Assembly: GCF_001186125.1 (NCBI RefSeq)
Contig: NW_014040525.1
Coordinates: forward strand, 1-64,000
Direction of reading: 5' to 3'
Length of the DNA stretch: 64,000 nt
Source: Sphaeroforma arctica JP610
Lineage: Eukaryota
Shown piece by piece: positions 27,740 to 38,488 of this stretch (its first letter is position 1; the number at the start of each line of letters is the position of its first letter). The notes beneath the pieces are model-generated. The model was not told the DNA's origin. It saw only the letters and a program-made list of their open reading frames with translations, and did not search any database. The position numbers were made by a program, and so were the translations under genes.

Positions 27740-27971
27740 CAAGGACATAGGTAAGTTACCCACTACGTATCGTCCAGATCGAAAAGACCGTAAGGACCCT
27801 ATCGATAATAGTAATTTAGCGTTATTGTCGAGATCTTTGAAAGGAATTTGGTCAAATTCAAGGACATAGGTAAGTTACCCACTACGTATCGTCCAGATCG
27901 AAAAGACCTTAAGGACCCTATCGATAAGAGTAACTTAGCGTTATTGTCGAGATCTTTGAAGGAATTTGGTC
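27740..27971 (+). repeat. Near-identical tandem duplication (~119 bp period)
   Basis: caaggacataggtaagttacccactacgtatcgtccagatcgaaaagacc...aaggaatttggtca at ~27740 and ~27859. Confidence 0.93.
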
Positions 27972-28861
27972 AGATCATGCTTACTGCAAACTTACGTCAG
28001 AACCGATGGTTCGAAGCTGCGCAACAGAGTTTTAAGCCATCATCTTATAAGTATAGTAATTTGGAGAAGGCCAAAGCTGCTGTAACAAAGCTGAAGACGT
28101 GAAAGGAGCAGAGCGAGATGATAGTCCATCTGTTTTCAACAGACCCCCGCCCGGAACTGTTGGTATTCATCATGGTACCACCGGACGAAGGAACACCAGT
28201 ATCCCATTACCTCTGGGAATTGGACATGTAAGATTCGGTCTAATAAAGGCGATGCCAATGCCTTAGAATAAATAAACGCGTAGATAAATTCTATATCGTG
28301 TAAATATCGATATAAATAAACGAAATGAGACGTTTAATAAAGTTAGGTTTGCCTCGTGAAAACAGCAATACTCTGAGGGATTGTGAGGCTGAGACATTGC
28401 CTATATATAATCCTCTCAGTACTGTTTCCGCCGAAGGGTTTTTATTTAGTGTTTCGTTGTCGCTCTATTCTGGGGGCGAATCCGAGAGACTCATAAAATC
28501 CTATCTTTAGAAAAAAGAAATAAAAATAAAAATACTCTTGACGTCTTTAGTTATTGTCTTAACCAATAACTTGCCACTATCAAGAATTACCGACTTGGCC
28601 TTCATCAGACTGGCACATCTGGTTGGCTTATCGGAGGATCAACTAGGTAACGTTAATAGTCCCTAGAAACCTATATTCGGTTGAGCCATCTCGCTACCGA
28701 AGTATTCAGATATAAATAAAATTGGAAAGTAAATAAAGCTCTATTAATAGAACTAGGCCAACTCTTTTATGTTTGGTATTTTACTGAGGCCTTTTAATGG
28801 CCTCATCCAAATATCTGATATGTTAAATGGAAAAGGTTTAATTAATAAAACCATTAAAACC

Positions 28862-29167
28862 CATTTTAGGAAATTTAAGTTCCTCGTGCTATTAAGAGCA
28901 CATTTAGGAAACTTAAGTTCCTCGTACTATTAAGAGTACATTTAGGAAACTTAAGTTCCTCTTGCTATTAAGAGCACATTTAGGAGACTTAAGTTCCTCG
29001 TACTATTAAGAGTACATTTAGGAGACTTAAGTTCCTAGTACTATTAAGAGTACATTTAGGAAACTTAAGTTCCTCTTGCTATTAAGAGCACATTTAAGAG
29101 ACTTAAGTTCCTCGTACTATTAAGAGTACATTTAGGAAACTTAAGTTCCTCGTACTATTAAGAGTAC
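28862..29167. repeat. 8 x 38-bp tandem array with two near-palindromes per unit
   Basis: Consensus CATTTAGGAAACTTAAGTTCCTCGTACTATTAAGAGTA, counted eight times. Confidence 0.96.
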
Positions 29168-29187
29168 GTTTATACATAAAGTCTAAT

Positions 29188-29910
29188 GTGGAGGCCCGGC
29201 TTATTATAGACACCCATATGTCACCTGCTCAAACATATGAAATGTCACCCGACAAGTTGAGCATGTGTGTGTTGTGGGTACAAACAATCTTTTGCTCGGC
29301 TTTTCACCGAGAAGACCAAGTGGTATTGTGCGCAGGCATGCATCAATCTTATCCAGACAAGGTACGCGAGATTTCAATTGAAAGACCAACCTATTGTATA
29401 ATGAAACTCGCCGACCTGACATGGACTGAACTTTATCCGAGAGCAGATCAGACGTTTTCAAAACGTCCGATATCTGTAGTGAAATTAACACAGCCAAGTA
29501 AGAAGGTTGTGCCCAACACGAATGGAGGACCAGGGAATGGTCGAGACTCACATACGGGAGCGGGAAACAATAAAGGAAACAAAGGTGGAGATATAAAGGT
29601 GGCCAGAAGAACAAGCATGTGCAAGGTACTGGTGGTCACAAGAACAATGTCAACACCCGTGGGACCTTGGGCAACAAATCCGCTCAGTCAACAGAGCCTC
29701 CTAAGCCAAAGTATATGGAGATCAAGGATTGTGCTGGGACGGATTGTAGCTGGCGCATGACCCAACATGAGCCGAATGGACGCTGGAATGGCAGGCACGC
29801 GGAGAATTGTAAACATTTTATCGCGAAGTGTGCTGTGTGCTGACTGCGCAGGGACTAGGGGCTACCACAAGCATATGTGTAAGGTGCAACCGAAGGTAGA
29901 AGTTAAGTGA
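29188..29910 (+). pseudogene. gag: gag-like region with Gly/Asn-rich linker and Cys/His knuckle
   Basis: Lies directly upstream of the protease. ORF fragments 29188-29760 and 29619-29843. CADCAGTRGYHKHMC (C-x2-C-x6-H-x3-C) at ~29835-29880. Confidence 0.6.
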
Positions 29911-29925
29911 CAATCTTACCGGATC

Positions 29926-30354
29926 TTGGCACTGAAACAAAAGGATGCACCGCAAGATGGACGTGTCATTCTAGATGCACGAGTTAATGGGCATGAAATA
30001 AAAGCATTGTTAAATCCGGGCTCGCAAATTTCATGTATGTCATCGAGATTCTGTGAGATAACTGATGTAACTCGTAAATCAGAACCTACTATGTTTAAAT
30101 TAGCTGACGAAAGAGAGATTGCGTGTCGTGACATGGCGGTAGATTTGAGGTTTATCCACACCGATCAACGGACAACAGCTACAAAGGCGGTCGTCTGTAA
30201 TACTTTGCCCGACTATGATTTGATAGTGGGGATGGGGGATCTGTTGTCATTAGGTATAACGATTACCGGTTTACCGACAAGCATTGACCCACAAAAGGAT
30301 CAATCAGATGATAATCTGTTGATGCCTGTATACAAGCCTTCTAAGACTGTGTGA
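29926..30354 (+). pseudogene. Retropepsin-like aspartic protease (catalytic Asp appears as Asn)
   Basis: VNGHEIKALLNPGSQISCMS (cf. ALLDSGS) and YDLIVGMGDL (cf. DxILGxD). Confidence 0.88.
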
Positions 30355-30619
30355 GAGAGGATACCTCAATTTACAGAAAATCTAAAGGATCTTATCTGTG
30401 AGAATAACAAGATCAGAATCACTGACTGTACTCAGTTCTAAAACTGTGAAAGTGATAGTAAGTCAATTTATAGGGAAGCTAAAGGATCTTATCTTTGACA
30501 ATAACAAGATCAGGATCACTGACTGGGTTCAGTTTAAATCCAACAACGGACTCGTGAGCTTAGACCTGACAAAGTAGACTCTTCGAAGTTGAAATGTCCG
30601 ACGCGTAACTACGTAGCAT

Positions 30620-31400
30620 GGCGTCATGAACAGGTAGTTAGAGAACAGGTTAAGGCCTGGTTAGAAGATGGAGTTATTGCGGTAAATTACTAACTGACTC
30701 CAGCCAATCTAGAACTCTTGGCAGTAGACCAGTTCAGCTCAGATGGTACGTTAAAGAAGTTTTGCGTGTGCCTAGATATGAGTCCTATAAACGCTCTTAT
30801 ACCTGCACACAACTTTCAACTACCAAGAATTAACGAATTGCTGAGAAGAATGGAAGGGGCGAAGATATTCTCGACCATAGATGGAAGTATTTTACCTTCA
30901 CTTGGGATGGACAGCAGTATTCCTTCAAGGGTGCACCATTTGGTTTACATTTTTTACCAGTCTTCCTTCAGCAGATCATGCAGGACCTGTTTAGAGACAT
31001 GGACAATGTACAGGTATATATCGACAATATAGTGGTATTTACTAAAACCAAAGAGAAGCATGATAGAGTTATGCGTGAGGTTTAGCTAGGCTAAACAAGC
31101 ATAAGTTCAAAATCAACCGCAAGAAATGCCAGTTTGGCGTAAACGGGATTCAGCTGTTGAGATACTGAGTTTCCGGGGATGGCATTATGATCGACAGCGG
31201 AAAGGTCGAACACTTGTTAGACTGGAGAACCCCCACTACACGCAAGGATGTCAATAGCATGTGTGGATTCGTCAAGTTCCTGTCAGGCGGAGTTCCTCAC
31301 TTAGCAAGTTACCTTAAACCCTTCGGACAAACCCTTCGGACATTTACGTTGTCACGAGGGTAAATTGGGGGCATTGTGGACCAAAAAATGGTGATGATGC
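30620..31400 (+). pseudogene. pol: Ty3/Gypsy reverse transcriptase (disrupted)
   Basis: EQVKAWLEDGVI, KFCVCLDMSPINA, FQLPRINELL, GAKIFSTID, FTWDGQQYSFKGAPFGL, VYIDNIVVF (YIDD read as YIDN), KINRKKCQFG, LLRY*VSGDGI. Confidence 0.93.
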
Positions 31401-31419
31401 CTTTAAGCAGCTCAAAACA

Positions 31420-31822
31420 GTGGTTCAGAAAGCTCAAATAGTCCAGCCACCGAAAGATGGGATACCGTTTATGGTGGCTACATACGCATCCGACATGGCG
31501 TTGGGAGCCGTGCTGTATCAAATGATAGAAGTAAAACCGAGATACGCGCAGTTCTTTAGCAGGGCTATGAATTCGTCACAAATCAACTACCCGACGGTGC
31601 AACAAGAGCTCCTGGCTGTTGTAACTACACTCACTCATTTCAAGGACTACTTATACGGTACACACTTCAATGTACTGTGCGATCAGAAATCGTTGCAACA
31701 TTTAAAAGACATGAAACCCAATTCTCAGTTGGTCAGTCGATGGCACGATACAATCGCGAAAATTTTATTCAGCATAACACATTCCGGGAATACACAATTA
31801 ATTACCGGATATGTTATTCCGC
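31420..31822 (+). pseudogene. Ty3/Gypsy RNase H (disrupted)
   Basis: PFMVATYASDMALGAVLYQ, FFSRAMNSSQINYPTVQQELLAVV, YLYGTHFNVLCDQKSL, and after a frameshift HIPGIHN*LPDMLFR. Confidence 0.93.
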
Positions 31823-31864
31823 TTCGTACCGGACTTCAACAAGATGGTTCGGGAGTTACTAGCT

Positions 31865-32268
31865 ATGGATTAGATGGTCAATTCTAGATGGTTTAAGATC
31901 GCAGACGACATATATGGTCCGCATACCATTGACATGTTTTCAGCTCACCATAATGCGCGACTGCCACGATACCGGACTTTAGAACATCCAGAGGGTGATG
32001 CGTTTCAAATCGACTTAACAGATGAAAACGCATGGGCGAATCCACCGTGGTTGTTGATACCACAGTTGCTTAATTATGTACATATACAAGATGCTACCAT
32101 CACGTTTTGGGTTGTCCCTTAAGACATTCATATAAATGAGTTCCGCAGTTGCTATCAATGATACAATGTGAGCCCATATATGTGGATAGAGAGGTATATA
32201 CTTTCCTCTACCAAGGTACCTGTGTAGTCCAGAAGACGCCTTGGCGACATACAATAATATGTTGAATA
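31865..32268 (+). pseudogene. Dam-like DNA N6-adenine methyltransferase domain (DIRS-MT/phage-Dam type) embedded in pol
   Basis: MD*MVNSRWFKIADDIYGPHTIDMFSAHHNARLPRY...DAFQIDLTDENAWANPPWLLIPQLL...ITFWVVP, then in a shifted frame *VPQLLSM...KTPWRHTII. SAM-binding-like DMFS at 31931-31942 and catalytic NPPW at 32039-32050. Confidence 0.85.
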
Positions 32269-32808
32269 GATCCAGTTGGCATATCCAAATGGACACAATC
32301 CGAGATCTTCAAACGAAAGGTTGAAGAATCCAAGATGCCACTCTTGACACCTAAGTCTCAACATGAGGCTAGGACGACACATGCACCTGCAGCATGCGTC
32401 ACCGAGGTACAATCTGATCCTACAGAATCAACGAGGTACTCATCACTAGCGAAAGCATTCTACAGGAAGATATGTTCTGACAGAGCAACTACATACGAAG
32501 CCAAGACATGGTTACTCAAAGTTGATGACCGATTTTCCAGATGTATACGACCACGTAACTCAACTAGTGGACAAGGCGAATTCACAAGGTAGATCTTTCA
32601 TGCGAGATGGGACCAGACGAGTCATCAAGTCCAAGTGATGAAGCAGTGAAATCCTTTGACACAGCAAGTTCATCGGAGGAAGCTATTCTGAAGTGGCTAA
32701 GGCAGAATTCTGTGTTCAAACACATGGATAAGGTTAGGACTGAGAAACATTGCAAAAGGTACGTGATTGTACTTCTAAAATCTTAAGCGATATATAACTC
32801 AGGTTTAT

Positions 32809-33865
32809 CACGAATGCAACGACTGCGAAATTAACCGGATCAAGCGCTACGGATATGCTCCGTTGCGAAGCGTATCAGAAGATGAGCCGTGGTGCAGGGT
32901 TATCATTGACTTGGTTGAGCTACCCTCGTCCGAACACACGAAGGATAAGTATGTCTGTCACGTGTTTGATGTTGCTTCAAGATAAAACATATTATATCCT
33001 CTGAAAGATAAATCAACACAAACTGTGGCTGAATCTTGGCTGGCCAGTTATTGTATGTTCCGACAATGGTAGTGAGTTTATAGGGGATGCCATGACGACA
33101 CAGTTACTCGTTGCGGGATCATGCCATAAGATGGGCGTACCTTATAAGCCTCAGACACTAGATGCGAATGAGGTACGTCATAGAAAGATGAAGAGGTTCA
33201 TGCGTGGAGCATTGCTAGACGACGCTGACACGTGACCTTACTCAATCAACTGGGTACAGACACAAATGAACGAGACACCTGATTCAGTAATTGGTACAAC
33301 ACCCGCTCACTATTTCAAGGACCGTTATAGTGAATTACAAGTACTTTTCAACAAGAATTCTCAAGAAGATCATGTGTTACCATGGTTAGAGACGATGCGT
33401 CGTACCAGAGACGTCGTCTTTCCTTGTTTGAGAAAAATGAAGGATATCGCACTCAAGAAAAGACAGAAGCGATGAAATGACTCAAAGAAGACAGTCGAGT
33501 TTGAGGTAGGCGATATAGTCATCATCATGGCTCACAATTCCGACACAACTGTGCTTACGGCTAAATACATTGGACCATTCAAGATTTCAGTGCCCTTGAA
33601 GAAGAGCGGAACTTACGAGGTGAACAATGATGACGATTCAGGCGCTCTTAATATCGGATCACATCGCATTCCGATGATATAAATCATCCTTCGCCGCGCA
33701 CGTGAAGCTACTACACCTCATATCTTACGAAATTAAGAAGATTCTGTGGAAGTACAAGCATGAGGACATGACATGCTACACAACGGAGTTTGCAGATGGC
33801 GCACAATACGATCCACCTTCATCAGTATTTGATGATCCAGACGCATTGAAGGCTTTTAATAAGAC
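32809..33865 (+). pseudogene. DDE integrase with CxxC, DD(35)E core, GPF region and chromodomain-like C-terminus
   Basis: ECNDC...GYAPLRS...PWCRVIIDLVELP...YVCHVFDVASR...PLKDKS. SDNGSEF (D at 33062) to PYKPQTLDANE (E at 33170) has 35 intervening residues. Then IGTTPAHYF, EFEVGDIV...KYIGPFKI and YEIKKIL...FDDPDALKAF. Confidence 0.92.
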
Positions 33866-34773
33866 GTTTTGCAAACGTTGATGCGGAGGCTATCGTACCT
33901 ACAAACAAACGTTCTGATGTAGTCAAGATATATTTGCAGACATCATTCATTCTAAGGTTCAAAGACCATGGAATGTACATACCCCCAAAAGGCACTAAGA
34001 AACGTCCCATCCACCATCGGGGACCACAAGGACCTAAACCCAAACGTAATAGAGCAACCGTGTATCTTATAAAGTCTAAGTAAACTTTGTCTACGAGAAT
34101 ATAATATAAGCATTGAGGCCAATATATGATCGAAACCCGTTTCTTCCTTTAGCTTGTACAATTCATGTTAGCTTTTCGAGTATGTATGCTTCAAAACACA
34201 TATAAGCCAACATATGAATTTTAAAGCTGAGGAAGGGGGGGGAGGGGGGGAGGGGCTGTGTAAAATCAGCGGGTTCCTATAGTAGAAGCACATGATAAAA
34301 GTATATTATAAACGTACTAACGTTTAAGCGTTGAAACGCAATTGTAGATATTTGTGACTGCAAAACAATCAAATAATCTAGATTTAGATATATTGAAATG
34401 CAGAAAACAAACAAACAAACAAATAATCTGTTATTAGATATTTGTAATTGCATACAACAGAGGTCGGAGGCTCTGTTGATATTGATATTGTGGCTTTTCT
34501 ATAACGATATGTTTTCCACCAGAGAATATTGGGATATAATACTTAGGAGTCTCAGGTGAAATTGACACTTGATGACACATGTTATATTTCCGAATTCTCT
34601 CAGCGCGAGATAACCCACTGAGAAATGGGGCATGAAAATGACCCCCCCTAGCCAGCTGACTAGATGTGCCCGCCTATGCCTTCAATGGAATGGAGAGTTA
34701 GGTACCATGTGATGGGGCATAGGTGCAGACATTTAACTGTACCAACATTGTGTTTTTGATTTATTTTTAATTT

Positions 34774-35120
34774 TCTTAAGTTGGACTTAGAGTTATTTTA
34801 TTAGCAATTGCGATTGGAGAACTGCTTCAAAGCATTAAATGATAGGGGAAGGAAATATCTTGCATCCAATGCAATAAAATCTGATCTTAGATACTGATAC
34901 CAAATAAATCTAGTCTAGAGTGAAGTAGTGAGTAATTAGAGTGGAACTATATAGACAATAGTCTCAGTCTTAAATCCCCTAATATTTAGCTCATTGCCGA
35001 CGGCTGACGCTGAACTTAAATTACATTGTGTAAATTTACTTCTATATCATATATTCTTTTATGTTACGTTAACTTATTGGTATCGATAGCCAGCCTGGTT
35101 AGTCTGACTTATACATTATT
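34774..35120 (+). repeat. Copy 2 of the dispersed direct repeat (uninterrupted)
   Basis: tcttaagttggacttagagttatt...ccaaataaatctag...aacttaaattacattgtg...cttattggtatcgatagccagcctggttagt. Confidence 0.85.
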
Positions 35121-35128
35121 GGGATGCC

Positions 35129-37740
35129 TTGAATCGAATGTTTGCAGAAACATATTCCACGATACCGGAAATCAATCAGCATGAATTGACTAAGTGTGCG
35201 ACGTACCTGAAGGAGTTGCACGGCAAGTATGATGGGGCTGCCGGGTTCTCGAACTTTCCCAAACGAGGCTCGTCTTATTTAACTTTACTCTCAAATATAA
35301 GTACTCTGCGATGGCCGGTATCAAATGCTGTGACACACAGTGATCTCCCAACAGTGCATGTTGACGAGCAGTTGTTACTATTCCAGGACTGTGACGTTCG
35401 TGCCCGCAAGCATGCTGGGGAAGTGAAGGGTGGTACAAGAGACACCCCAATTATCAACTTCAAGCTGAAGCTCATCGATGCTAAAAGGCAGAGAACGAAA
35501 GTATGCGTGGTGTTTCCCAGAGTATTATTGGGCGACCAGTATTTTATGTTGCTGCTATGAATATGATACTTGAAAACTCAGCAGACCATCGGATGGTTTT
35601 ACGCCTGGCTGCATCGTCCAGTGAAAGTCTTCCTTGGCGTCCATGTTCGCATCTCTCTTCAGGATGAGTAGTAAGACATTTGAGTTCCGAGATGGATCAG
35701 TCACGCATGTTAATTGAGGAATTCAAGAAAGCGAAGGCTGATTGGATGATGTTGAAAGGGTTGTATGATGCACGAGGTCAAGCGAATATGATGGAAAAGA
35801 ACGGTGTGTAGACCGAGTTACAATTGCGTCACCAAGAATGTGGATCAATTCAAATTTTACGTTCGATGAGATGTCGACAGTTTTGACCGTGGATACACTA
35901 TGGAAACCAATCAAGAAGCGTTTGGTATCACTGATGTTTCGGGGTGGCACGAGGATGACGATGACAAGGTACTTGTGCAGTCGCTTGCACAAGATATTAT
36001 AAGTTCAGTCCCTATTGTGGTTATCCACGTTTTACAACACTTGGTAATGGGCAACAGACTTAAGATTGTGCAGGACCTCCGTACATATGGGCACTTCAAT
36101 ATGAGACTGGACATTTGTTGCACAAAGGAAGAGTACGTTAATCATATTATGGAATTGTCGCATACGTTGTTGACAACATGCGTTCATCCCCACACTGTAT
36201 TTAAACACCAAGCTGGTCTTCAGTTCCGCGGTATTCAAGTCAATGAATTATCATTTGATACAGGAAGGATATGTATACAGGAATTTGGAGTTTGCGTGTG
36301 AGATGGGGAAGGTGTCTGTGTCTCATGGCGAGACCCTCGTACAAAAGTGGTCTAATGGGATGCAACAAATGAATCCACGACTTTTACATTCAATGCCAAT
36401 TCCCGAAATCCCGGCAGATGACGACGATGCGCTCATGAAACACGAGGCACGTTTCCGTACTCATCACCCAAGTGCAACTGACTACAATGTGCTATTGAAC
36501 CACGAATTGCGTTCATTTCTCATGGCCCCTAAAAAAATGAATATAAACTGTGGTGATATGTAAATTGATTCTATTTTTTTTAAATCATGTGTAGAATACA
36601 TGTATCGGAAATATTTAGTTCAGCAGTTAAATCTTCAGGGTCCGATTTACTTGCAATTGAGTTTCGGTCGAAAGCCGATACGCCTACCGAGTATGCTCCA
36701 AGACTGACCGATGGCACTGATATAGTATCGCACTATCATTTGCTCCCATCAAAATCCTTCAACAGTGACATATTGGGCTTTCCATCTTGGATGACATAAA
36801 AAGGGAACCAAAAATTGTTTGTCGAGTACAGAACTATCGCTATGTCATCGAGCTCCAGAAGTACCACAGAGCATTCCACTTTCGCGATGCCACCACGTAT
36901 CTGGCACACCTGTACTCGAGACCAGACTTATCGTCTTGTGAACCGATTCTGCCACATGTCCTTGTCCGCGAATACTCTGATTTGGATATGCGTGGGAATA
37001 TGACAGAAATGGTGCTAGTTTATTATTTAAATTTGGATGTACAGTACCAAATAGGTACTTACGTCTGTATACTGGAACAAAAGCGAGAATCATCAAGACG
37101 TTACTACGTTGACTGCTTCTAGGCCAGGGTATAACAGTTTCAGTTTTCTTATTATTTACCAAAGACACGTATTTTCGGCCATGACAGAACTGGCGGAAAA
37201 CGTGACTGACCTCAAAACATCTGGCACAAAGTGACGTCGAATGAGTAAGCGACATGGTTGACTGGTCGATGTATGGACGCAATCAGCTGTTACGTGCACC
37301 ATATGTTGTTGTGAAAGTAGCGACGCGCGATGTGGACAGCGAGCGTACGTACATTAACGTTGATGGGTCGGTGCTGAAGATATAATACGGTGGGGAATTT
37401 TCATGGTCAATGTCCACCACGACGGCCACACATGTGTCTGTAACTTGCAGTCCGACTACAGATGTCGATCCAGTTTATGCAGCGAAATCGGTCTCACTTG
37501 GACCTAAGCCTAGTGAGAAACATTTGGAAACATCACAAACCTGTCTCGAGGACCTAACGAGGCTGGTGATATCGAACCAATTGTCATCAGACAAATTTGA
37601 CGTCCAGGAGGCATCGATCAGAACATGTTTCTGTTTTGGTCGATGCAAAGTCAAAGACATCCATAACAAGGTCTGATTTCCAGTAGAGACGGCTCGGGAA
37701 TATTTCAAGCTCGCCGGACTTGTGAAGTTCATTTTCGGCT
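35129..37740 (+). pseudogene. Degenerate protein-coding-like tract of unknown family
   Basis: Series of same-strand ORF fragments (35129-35560, 35900-36301, 36243-36563, 36587-36799, 36787-37122) with protein-like composition and no microsatellite-rich introns. No motif recognised. Confidence 0.4.
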
Positions 37741-37959
37741 ATGAGCATGGGTGGACCATTTTCACTACTTATGTATCACGTTCAGATTACTAAAATGGGA
37801 ACGCAGACAGAGTTTAAGAGTCGTACCGTTCACAATATGATGACATGCCATATCAATAACAACGACATCCTAGTACACAATATGATGATGAGAAAATTGA
37901 ATGTCGCTAGACTTAGGAAGAAGGGCATTTTAAGTTCCAGAATAATATGTTACTTTATC

Positions 37960-38488
37960 GTTACTTGTACGATATTAACCTGAAAATAAACTATCAAACT
38001 TGAATATCGGATTGTCATTTAGTGTCATACACGTCTGACGTAAAGGATGCATGATTAATGAAATATATTGTTACAAATATTTTCAATGCATTCACACACC
38101 ATCATCGACGATAGAAATAAATTGTAACTCAGCACAAATGATTATGGTTATGAAAGTGATGATTTTCGTTACATTCTCGATGATGACGGCTGGAATTGTT
38201 TCGTACTTTCAGCGGTTTAGTATTCGTTACTTGTACGATGCTATCCTGAAAATAAACTTTTAAACTTAGAATATCGGATTGTCGTTTAGTGTCATACACG
38301 TCTGACGTAAAGGATGCATGTTTAATGAAATATATTGTTACAAACATATTCAATGCATTCACGCACCATCATCGATGATAGAAATAAATTGTTACTCAGC
38401 ACAAATGATTATGGCTATGAAAGTAATAATTTTTGTTACATTCTCGAATATGACGGCTGGTATTGTTTTGTACTATCAGCGATTTAGA
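37960..38488. repeat. Tandem duplication, ~266 bp period
   Basis: cgttacttgtacgat...cctgaaaataaact...tcatacacgtctgacgtaaaggatgcatg...gacggctgg at ~37960 and ~38226. Confidence 0.93.

Larger units (their letters stand above)
29188..34255 (+). mobile_element. Degenerate Ty3/Gypsy (chromovirus-like) LTR retrotransposon internal region carrying an adenine DNA methyltransferase domain
   Basis: Domain order gag, PR, RT, RH, MTase, IN, GPF, chromo-like, then a polypurine tract at 34229-34255 followed by c-TG. Many stops and frameshifts. No matched LTR pair was identified. Confidence 0.92.

Noticed and set aside
28862..29167. CRISPR array
   Set aside because: Units are contiguous near-identical repeats with no unique spacers. 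No cas genes, and the context is eukaryotic.
29188..34255. Ordinary DIRS1 element as the explanation for the methyltransferase
   Set aside because: A protease, DD35E integrase, GPF motif and PPT are present, and I saw no tyrosine recombinase motif or inverted terminal repeats.
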